A stretch of 59,194 nucleotides of DNA from Macrostomum lignano (Eukaryota): positions 1 through 59,194 of the forward strand of contig NIVC01003558.1 in assembly GCA_002269645.1 (NCBI GenBank), read 5' to 3'. Made by a program: the position numbers and the translations under genes. Positions 49,911-59,194 of this stretch are shown piece by piece (the first letter of the stretch is position 1; each line of letters opens with the position of its first letter). The notes below the pieces were generated by a model that was not told the DNA's origin, searched no databases, and saw only the letters and a list, made by a program, of their open reading frames with translations.

Positions 49911-52900
49911 TCTCTCCTCAAATACGGCTTAAAAGCAAAATTTTAAAGTTGGGTTTAAAAAATCTGTTTTTGTTAAATTTCATTCTGTTACAATTTTAGC
50001 AAAAGTCCAGCAAAAAATACAAAAAATCAGATGCTACCGTTTAACAAAAACCTTTTTCAAGCCTTGTAGTTCACGTTCACCTTCGCCGCCCGGGGATGTG
50101 GCCGCAACGCAATGGGCGAGGCCGCTCGCTCGCCTGCGGCTGGCTGCGGCGGAGGCGCATTCACTTCCGGTTGCGGCATCGCTGGCAGCTCGCCCGGATT
50201 GTCAGGCTCGGACTCCGGTGCCACTCGCTTTAGGTCGGTGCAGTGCCGCCTGCAAACTCTGGCACCCTGTCGTATCGTCGCCGAGTCCGCCTTGATCTCC
50301 TCGATGAGCCAGGGGTCCCACTCGAACGGCGTGTCTCCCTTGAGCGGATTCAGTCGCCGCCGCAGCACTGTGTCGCCAACCTTGAGCTTGTGCGGTCTCG
50401 CCAGTCGCTTCCGGTCTGTGTAGAGCTTGCCTTGCGCCTTTCGAAGTGCGTCGCGCTGCCGAAGCTGCCGGTCCGCGATGGCCACCGGTCTCGACGGTCT
50501 GACCGACGGGATGGAGTCGTTCAGCACGCGACCCATGAGGAGCTCGGCAGGCGCCCGTCCAGTTGTTCGCTGAGGCGTGCACCGATAGGCCAGCAGCCAC
50601 TCGTCAAGGGCCGCTCTCCAGTCGCGCTTCTGTGCGATCGCAGCGCGCACCACCTTGTTGATGGAACGATTCAAACGCTCGGTGGCGCCGTTGGCCTGTG
50701 GATGTAACGGTGTGATGAGGCGCTGCCGAATTCCGTAGCTGTCCAGGAAGCTCTTGAACTGGGCTGAAGAGAACGGTGGGCCGTTGTCAGTAACTAATGT
50801 TTGAGGGATTCCAAACCGGACGAATGAACTCCTCAGTCGAGGGATTAGCGCCTCAGCAGTCGTGGTCTGGACAACCTCCACCTCGGGAAATCGGGAGTAT
50901 TGATCGACGCAGACTAGCAGCATGCTGCCTTGAATGGGTCCTAGCAGATCCGCCCGAGCGTCAGCCAGGCCGCCTTCGGGATGGGCGTCGGCTTTAGCGG
51001 TGATGCAGTCACGTCAGCGGCATGCGAGGTCGCCAGGCAGGCCCGGCACGTGGCTATGAAGCGCTCCGTCTCCAGTTGCATCCTTGGCCACCAGACCTTG
51101 GTGTTCAGCCGGTCCAGCGTCTTACGTGTGCACTGGTGCCCCCGGTGCGCTAGATCCAGTACAAGCCGTCGGAGCGCCACCGGGACGATGATCCGCTGGC
51201 CCCGTAGGAGCACCCCGTCCACTGCCGACAGTTCGTGACGCAGCGCATGCAGCGACCGCAGTTCTGCTGACTCCAGGCTCCACCGCCCTGTCTCTAAGGC
51301 GCGAATCGCCGCTTGAATTGTTGCGTCCTTTTGCGAGCTCTTCTGTACGCTGGTCAGTGACAGCGCATTTGGTACGGCCGCCTGTACAACAGCGGCGATG
51401 GAAAGTGCATCCAGCTCTTCGCCCACATTCGGTGCGGGTGTCGGCAGTGGCTGTCGGCTGAGCACGTCTGCCGGGTTGAGCGGGCCCGGCTGGTACTCGA
51501 CTGTGAATTTCATATGCTGAATGCGCAATGCCATCCTTTCGATTCTCGGAGGGGGTCTCGAACTGCTGCCGAACAGAGCAACCAGTGGCTTGTGGTCGGT
51601 TTGCACCGTGAACATCGGCGCGCCGTGGAGGTAGAATTGAAACTTTAAACAGCCGAACTTCACGGCCAACGCCTCTTTCTCTGTTTGGGAATAGCGTTGC
51701 TCAACGTCCGACAGTGTCCGGCTAGCGTATGCGATGGGCCGCCTGGTTCCGTCCGATTGTGTCTGTGACAGGATTGCACCCAGCCCCGCTGGCCCAGCGT
51801 CGACAATGAGTTGCGTCGGAAGACGATGGTTGAAAAAGGCAAGAGAGCCACTTGACGCGATTTGAGACTTGATGTCGCTGAAGGCTTGTCTTTCCAGATC
51901 GGCCCATGCCCAGGGCTGGCCCTTCCTTGTCAGGTTGCGCAGCGGCTTTGCCAGGTCCGCCAGCCTCGGGGTGAATGCGGCCAGGTAGTTGACAAGTCCC
52001 AAGAACGAGCGCACCTCCGTGACATTCGTTGGCTCTGCAAATGCATTAACTGCCTCCAGCTTTGACTCGGTTGGCCTGACTCCGTCCTTCGACAATCGCA
52101 TCCCCATGAAGGTGACTTGCGTTCGTGCCAGCTTGCACTTGGCCGGGTTGAGCGTCAGTCCGTGCTGCGCCAGCCGCTGGAGGCACTCCCGCAGATTGTT
52201 GTGATGCTCCGCCACGCTGTGGCCATAGACAATAATGTCATCGTGGATCCATTTTACTTTTGAAAGTCCAGCCAGCACGGATGACATAACAGCTTGAAGA
52301 ATTTCCTGCGCCGTTGATAGCCCCATGCAGAGTCTCGTCAGCCGCCGAAGACCTCGAGGCGTTGAAAAAGTTAGAAGATGCCGGCACTCCTCTGACACAG
52401 GGATTTGATAGAATGCTTTTGCGACGTCCAACTCTGAGAACAGCGTCGCTCCTGCCATGTCGCCTGTTACCTCCTCAAAGGTCGGTATTGGGTGTCGCTC
52501 CCTGACGACAGACTTGTTTAGCTCCCTCAGATCCTGAGTGATCCTGATCTCGCCAGGAGCTTCTTTGGGGACGACGACGATACGAGAAACCCACGGGCAG
52601 GGTCCCTCCACTGGCTCAATGATGCCTTGTTCTTCTAGGTACTGGAGCTCGGCGTCCACTGCTGGGGCGAGGTGAATTGGCACTCTTGATGGTGGATGGC
52701 ACACTGGTCTTGCGCCCTCTTCCAGGAAGATGCGGGCTGCGTAGTTCTTAAGACAGCCGATTCCGTCGAAGGCCTGTGCATTTTCCTTGAGGATTTCGTC
52801 TAAAGATGGAGCACCTGGGGACTGCCGAAGGTCTTTTGGAACGCCGGCTAGCAGCCTGTCAGTCGGACACTCCGAGCGTAGCTCACACGCTGCCTTGTCT

Positions 52901-54163
52901 TCCGGGCCGACTCGCAGAACTCCTAGGTCTTCCGCGCTCCTGCGGCCTATTATGCAAGCACCCTTTCCGTCCAGCACCAGGAACGGAAGCGTCTCCTGGC
53001 AACCGAAAACGCTGACCTGTAGGTCGGTCTTGCCGAGCAGCTTCAGTGGCTGTTGGCTTCCATAGGGATAGACCCGATCACTGGCTGCTTGGAGCCTGGC
53101 CTTCTGTGGCATCCTTTCGAAGGCCTCTCTGTCGATGATGTTGCAGGCCGCTCCACTGTCGATAAGCAGGGTTGTCTTGAATCCGTTGACGGTGGCTTGA
53201 GTCCATGCTGATCCGCTATTTCGGAGGCTGAAAAGCTCGTGCTCAGTGGAGTTGTCCTGCAGATATTCGAATTGCCCGTAGGAGCGATCGTCCGGTTCGT
53301 TGACAGCTCTCACGGGTATTCTGGACGTTCCCCGACATGCCCGGGCGAAATGGCCAATCTTACCGCAGCGTCGACATGCCTTGTCTCTAGCAGCCTCGCA
53401 CGTTCGATGACCCGGCCGTCCGCAGCGCTCGCAGCTGATGCCACCGTCCTTCATTGCAGGATCCCTTCTGAATGGCTGCGACGGTCGTGCTCGGGGTGGG
53501 CCTAGCGCTGCCACGTTCGCGGTCGTCATGGCGCCGGCGCCACCTGAGCTGTTTTCTTCCATGGCCTGTGCCTGTTGCTCCGCAGCTTCCCTTGCTCGGA
53601 TTCGCTTCAGTACGTCAGCTAGACAGATATCGTTCAGCTGAAGGAGCTCCCTTCTGATCTTCTCCGATCGGTAGTGGGCGACCACCTTGTCCCTGATGAG
53701 AGAGTCCCGTAGTTCTCCGAATTCGCATTGATCCGCGGCCTTGCGCAGCCGATGGTACCACGCATCGATGGACTCCCCCTCCTCCTGTCTGCAGGTCTCG
53801 AATTGGTACCGGAGGAAGACGACGCTGTTTTTCTGGTCGAAGATCTCTTGTAGCTTTTGGATGAGCTCGTTTGTAGATTTTCCTTTTTGAACACTGTTGT
53901 CTTCCATAAAGTCTTCCAACTTCTCTCCCGCTGTGTAGACCAGCAACTCCAGCTGTTGTGTCGCATCTGTGATGCCAGCAGCGCGAATGTAGCTATTGAA
54001 CCTCCGTGCCCAAGTCTTCCATCTCTGGGCTCGTGTGAGTGGATCGCTATCGATATCAAATGCATCTGGTGCAGTGAGTTGCAAAGCTTGGGCCATGTTT
54101 GTGTGGCTGGAACCGCGCTGGGTTAGAGAGTGATGATCAGTCAATAGTTTGCTTGCGACGCCA

Positions 54164-54351
54164 TGTAGTGACTCAGACAAAATCGGAGGGTTTGCGAGTG
54201 CACGAAGAATCTTAGAAATGGGCCGACTTGCCCTGCAAGTATATTTATATATGTGAAGAGTAAGTGCGCGTGAGTCTTACGTAATACATTGCAACACGTG
54301 ACTAATAATATTTGCGCGCCAATATTGTACATCGCACTGAACTACACTACA
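54164..54351 (-). repeat. 5' LTR of the young Gypsy element
   Basis: Followed on the minus strand by the PBS TGGCG; identical by eye to 49723-49910. Confidence 0.95.
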
Positions 54352-54356
54352 GGGGG

Positions 54357-55485
54357 AAGGCAACGCGATGGAGCCTCAATCCATCTTAACGCAAGAATCT
54401 CCCGATGACGCCCCTAATGACGCGAGCGCCTTGGTGAGTCGGCGAGTTTATCTTTGTTCGTTCTTGCTTTTATTCACCTCCACACAATCTACTCTAGGTT
54501 TTTCTCTTCAACCGTTTTCAAGTTTAATAACTTAGACACCGACGTCGGCAGCCAGTCACAGCAAGCCCCACCGGAGCAGGAGCGAAATACTGCCAAATCA
54601 GTGCTGGCCAACGTGATCGAGAAGGCCATCCTGGACTTCTGCTCGTCGCGCACCGTGGAAACAATGCGCCGAATGTTTGCCGGCGTCACCAGCGAGCTGG
54701 AGGCACTTCAGGGCGACGCGGGTCGGTCCGGGGACAAGTCGGCGCTCGTTCCGCACCCGGTCACGGGCGAACTCGTGAAGGAGGGCATCGTCATCGGCAG
54801 CATGGACGTGTTCGCGCCCCGGGTGCATAAGGAGTACCGCCTGGAGATGAAGGACAGCCTGGTCGAAGGCTTCCTCAAAGACGTCGGCGTCTTCCGCGCC
54901 ATTTGCTACCGGACCAAGTGCCAGCTGGAGGTGACTCGGCGGCTGCTCAATAAGAAGCTGTGCACAGGCGGTCGCTGGGTGAAGTACCTCATCGTGCGCA
55001 TTGTGGGTCCCAGCCTCCGCGCCATCAACAGCTGCGACTGTCTGCTGCAGAACGCGGTACCAGCCTTCAAGAGCCGCATTGAGTACCGGAAGCCCGCCTT
55101 CTGCCGCATGTTCTTCCGCGAGGACATTCCTGACAACGCCAACCTGTATTACAATATGCAGCGGACCGGGGGCTCCTCCAACCGCTACGGGTCTCTGAAG
55201 CTCGAGGCGCCCTACAGAATCACCTCGGACAGAACCATCGGCAGCTGCCCGTGGAAGAGCGGCGCGCTGAAGATCGGCAAGCTGTCGTTTAGTGGAGATG
55301 GTGGTCACCTGTGCATGCGGCAGGTGTATCCGGGATACGGCTACACCGAAACAACTCCCGTTAATCCAATGAGCAAAGGCGTGGATGCTTTGAAGCGAAT
55401 AGAAAAAATGCACGGCGAGTTTCTCAACAAGCGGCAGCAAAATGTGTTTGATCGCCGGGCGATGACCATCCCGGTGTGCCGATGA
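54357..55485 (+). CDS. 3' part of an unrecognised protein-coding gene (exon remainder 54357-54433, last exon about 54523-55485), possibly with a divergent KH-like fold
   Basis: 321-codon open frame with host-like GC3-rich codon use. Strong donor TTG|GTGAGT at 54434 and an in-frame acceptor TTTTCAAG at 54522. No family recognised with confidence. Confidence 0.65.
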
Positions 55486-56882
55486 AATTCCAGTATTTAA
55501 CTGGCCCGTATCAGGTGAATTTCGCCCCATATTTCTTCACGGTGCCCTAATTTTTTTTCCAATTATCCGATAACGCATCATTTCTTTCGCGTCAGCACTG
55601 GCACTGCGTTGAGCACAAGTTCTCAGCACTTTGCCAGCTTTCAGTTTTCAAATCATAACCGTGTATCTGCGTTCAAAGTCGTCTTTTTTTCTTTTAAGTA
55701 CAAAGAAAATCAGCGGGCAATTGGAATTGAAAGGCAATGCTCTTTTTTTATCATTTTATCCCTTAGGAAAAGCATTGAAATGCAAGGTTCATCTGCACAA
55801 TGTTAAGGAATCCGCCAAGATGCTTGGAATGAATTCAGCTTGCAGCTGATAGATTCGTCTTACCACTGAAAGTAATGCTGGTCCAACTGAGGTGCGCTTG
55901 TGTAGTTAAGTGGTTTTGGATGCTTTTTTACAATGGTGTGCCGCCCTGAGCTCAGTATATTCATGCATTCAACAGCAAAGATGCCAAAGTTTGGTTAAAT
56001 CTGTAGATCTCTAAGCTGCAAAAACGTCCATATCAATGACGCAATGATTTGGATGACATCATGGCTGAGGCGACTCGTGGTCTATTTGGTAGCCAACTAA
56101 TTAGCCAAGACGTCCGTGAAAGCATCTTTCGTCCATGCACACAACACCACAATAGTTTCCTGTACATTTTATTGGGGGAGTTCGAATATACTCATTGACT
56201 TGAAGCCAAGAAAGCATTGAATCAGTCGGTTTCAATACACAGGTAATGCTACAACTTCACCGCTCGATCACGTTTGACGGATTCAAAGATAGCGTTTTTT
56301 TGTTTTTCATGTACTATGCTTGTACCCTTCAGACATGGAGGAATTATGCTTCAGTTTAAAAATGAATCCGGTGAATTTCATTTAATATACTTAGGTATTT
56401 ACACATAAAATAGTGTCAGTAAATATCGGCTTGGGCGGTTGATGCTACTAACGACAAATATATAGTCAGTAGTATATCTAGTGCAAACAGGCTGCAGTTA
56501 GCTGTGTGCCTAAAATATGTTTTCTAACGACTGGAAAAATATTCCGGGGTAGCTAAAGCAGAACCAAGTTAGGTAGGGCTCTGCTGAAGCAAAGTTTTGG
56601 ACTCAGAACCGTCTGCGTACACCGCACGTATTACCCGACCGAGTTCGCAGGGCTCTAATGTTGCTTAGATTGCTGTCGCTCACTCTCTCTAAACTCTTCC
56701 CTTCGTGTTCGCAGTTTTTTAGCTGAGCAGATAGCTGTTCGCTGCTGGGAAGATAATTAGGTGATAAATTTTCCCTCCCTCCGCTCATCGCTCACGCAGT
56801 GCGTCAGTATGCAGTCATACATAGCGCTGCTATGGATGGGTTCACGGTCCAGTGCCCAATATGCGCTGACTCTGTGTCTGGG

Positions 56883-56884
<2 letters not shown>

Positions 56885-56944
<60 letters not shown>
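56885..56944. repeat. (CT)n microsatellite
   Basis: About 30 CT units. Confidence 0.97.
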
Positions 56945-56948
<4 letters not shown>

Positions 56949-57659
56949 CTCCCCAGATGGCAGGTGCTTTCTACAAGATCGAATGCGTTTTAATGCAAAG
57001 TTTAGCTTTACAGGTGCACAAAAGTTTGTGTAGAATTACTTACTGCTCACTGCAGCTTATAAAATCGTGTCCCTATAATGAAATTTAGTCTCACACAAGT
57101 TTTTGTGCTCATGCGGTACGAAATTCAACGCCTTGATATTTGGGGCGCATTTCTGACTGTCTGGTCCCGCAGAGGCTGAGTGCTGCCTCCAGTGCCTCTT
57201 CATCGACTTGTTTTAGTCGGGCCAGACTCAGAGGAGCCCCCCCTAGACCTGTTTTGTCCCTTTGTGTTTCATCCTGCCTCACATCCTCAACAACGGGCCT
57301 ACATAGTATTGAAGTGCAGGGTGGGAGCATTTGAGATCATCTTTCCTTGAAACGTCAATCTATTCGCATCGGTCCCATTACTCCGCGCCTCACCTACATC
57401 CTTGCTTTTTCTAGACTCAGCGCCTCATGGATCAGTGCGTCAACAGTCTTGAATTATAAGAGATAGAGGGAGCCACGGGCTAAATTTGAGACGCCTGTTG
57501 TATTCTCACGAGCCGAAATCTAAAGTATTTGTTGATGTTTAAAATTCCTGCGGGGCTTGTGGCTAGACAGAGTTGTGAGACACATCAGACGATCCAGACC
57601 CGTGGCGTCTTTCACATGTGGACACCATCTCCCTTCTTGATTTGTTTATGGCTTGAGTC

Positions 57660-59194
57660 TACCTCTCCTTCCCTCGCCTCTCCTCTCCTCCTCTCCTCTC
57701 CTCTCCTCCCTTTTCCTCTCCTCTCCTCTCCTCCTCTCCTCTCCACTCATCACTTCTCCTCTCCTCTCCTCTCTTCTCCTCTCCTCTCCTCTCCTCTCAT
57801 CACTTCTCCTCTCCTTCCCTCTCATCCCTTCTCCTCTCCTTCCCTTTTCTCTCCTCTCCTCTCCTCCCTTTTCCTCTCCTCTCCTCTCCTCTCATCACTT
57901 CTCCTCTCCTCCTCTCTCTTCTCCTCTCCTCTCCTTTCCTCCTCTCCTCTCCTTTCCTCCTCTCCTCTCCTCTCATCTCCTCCCTTTTCCTCTCCTCTCC
58001 TCTCCTCCTCTCCTCCTCTCCTCTCCTCCTCTCTCTTCTCCTCTCCTCTCCTTTCCTCACCTCTCCTCTCCTCTTCTTTCCTCCTCTCCTCTCCTCTCCT
58101 CTCCTCTCCTCTCCTCTCCTCTCCTCTCCTCTCCTCTCCTCTCCTCTCCTCTCTCTCCTCTCCTCTCCTCTCCTCTCCTCTCCTCTCTCTCCTCTCGCTC
58201 TCCTCTCCTCTCCTTCCTCTCCTCTCCTCTCCCTCTCCTCTCTCTCCTTCCTCTGCCTCTCCTCTCCTCTCCTCTCCTCTCCCTCCTCTCCTCTCCTCTC
58301 CTCTCTCTCCTCTCCTCTCCTCTCCTCTCTGCTTCCTCTCCTCTCCTCTTCCTCTCCTCCCTCTCCTCTCCTCTCCTCTCCTGCTCTCTCTCCTCTCCTC
58401 TCGCTCTCCTCTCCTCTCCTCTCTCCTCTCCTCTTCCTCTCCTCTCCTTCTCCTCTCCTCTCCTCTCCTCTCCTCTCCTCTCCTCTCCTCTCCTCTCCTC
58501 TCCTCTCCTCTCCTCTCCTCTCCTCCTCCCTCTCCTCTCCTCTCCTCTCTCTTCCTCTCCCCCTCTCCTCTCCTCTCCTCTCCTCTCCTCTCCTCTCCTC
58601 TCCTCTCCTCCTTCGCTCTCTCCTCTCCCTCTCCTCTCCTCTCCTCTCCTCTCCTCTCCTCTCCTCTCCTCTCCTCTCCTCTCTCTCTCCTCTCCTTCTC
58701 TCCTCTCTCTCCTCTCCTCTCCTCTCTCCTCCTCCTCTCTCTCTCTTCTCCTCTCCTCTCTCTCCTCTCCTCTCCTCTCCTCTCCTCTCCTCTCCTCTCC
58801 TCTCCTCTCCTCTCCTCTCCTCTCCTCTCCTCTCCTCTCCTCTCCTTCCTCTCCTCTCCTCTCCTCTCCTCTCCTCTCCTCTCCTCTCCTCTCCTCTCCT
58901 CTCCTCTCCTCTCCTCTCCTCTCCTCTCCTCTCCTCTCCTCTCCTCTCCTCTCCTCTCCACCCTCTCTCCTCCTCTCCTCTCCTCTCTCTTCCTCTCCTC
59001 TCCTCTCTCTCCTCTCCTCTCCTCTCCTCTCCTCTCCTCTCCTCCCTCTCCTCTCCTCTCCTCTCCTCTCCTCTCCTCTTCCTCTCCTCTCCTCTCCTCT
59101 CTCTCCTCTCCTCTCCTCTCCTCGTCCTCTCCTCTCCTCCTCCTCTCCTCTCCTCTCCTCTCCTTCTCCTCTCCTCTCCTCTCCTCTCCTCTCC
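57660..59194. repeat. (CTCCT)n polypyrimidine/polypurine satellite running to the window end
   Basis: About 1.5 kb, almost purely C/T on the plus strand. It explains the ERRG ORF. Confidence 0.97.

Larger units (their letters stand above)
49723..54351 (-). mobile_element. Young, near-intact Ty3/Gypsy (Mag-like) LTR retrotransposon; single gag-pol ORF with one frameshift at about 50962
   Basis: 188-bp LTRs identical by eye (49723-49910, 54164-54351; TGTAGTG...CACTACA); GGGGG TSD; PBS TGGCGTCGCAAGC; PPT GAGGAGAGA. Gag knuckles CERCGRPGHRTC and CRRCGKIGHFARAC; protease LLIDSGAACN; RT ELDVAKAFYQ and WIHDDII; RNase H VDAGPAGLG...TDHKPL; integrase HRGHQ...CRAC, ADLLGP, VTDNGP, GATERLN. Confidence 0.97.

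Noticed and set aside
54598-55530. 310-aa minus-strand ORF
   Set aside because: An antisense shadow of the GC3-rich plus-strand ORF; the same applies to antisense ORFs over TDP-43, SHPK, ENaC and Gypsy pol.
57800-58961. 379-aa ERRG-rich SR/RED-like ORF
   Set aside because: Translation of (CTCCT)n.

Overview
Eukaryotic (animal) genomic DNA, not prokaryotic. GC-rich, intron-poor genes sit among minisatellites, AT-rich decayed transposons and retroelements. The style resembles the flatworm Macrostomum lignano, but that is inference only. Well-supported host genes, all on the minus strand: two tandemly duplicated TDP-43 (TARDBP) paralogs, UBL5/Hub1, sedoheptulokinase (SHPK), a PAIP1-like gene and an intronless DEG/ENaC channel with a 1-nt frameshift. 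On the plus strand is an unrecognised gene of about 500 aa whose predicted fourth exon is interrupted by a young Ty3/Gypsy LTR retrotransposon (188-bp LTRs identical by eye, GGGGG target-site duplication). Other mobile DNA: an old internally deleted Gypsy in the TDP-43b intron, a decayed Ngaro/DIRS-type tyrosine-recombinase retroelement, an EnSpm/CACTA-like relic, tRNA-derived SINEs and foldback elements. Highlights: (1) one TDP-43 paralog encodes His at the position equivalent to human P112 and has fewer low-complexity-domain 'stickers'; (2) all six minus-strand genes have a 3' splice acceptor 7-26 nt before the ATG, suggesting SL trans-splicing or an operon; (3) sharply bounded blocks with near-total CpG loss; (4) the exonic Gypsy insertion. 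Splice models, alignments and counts were made by eye; no database searches were run.
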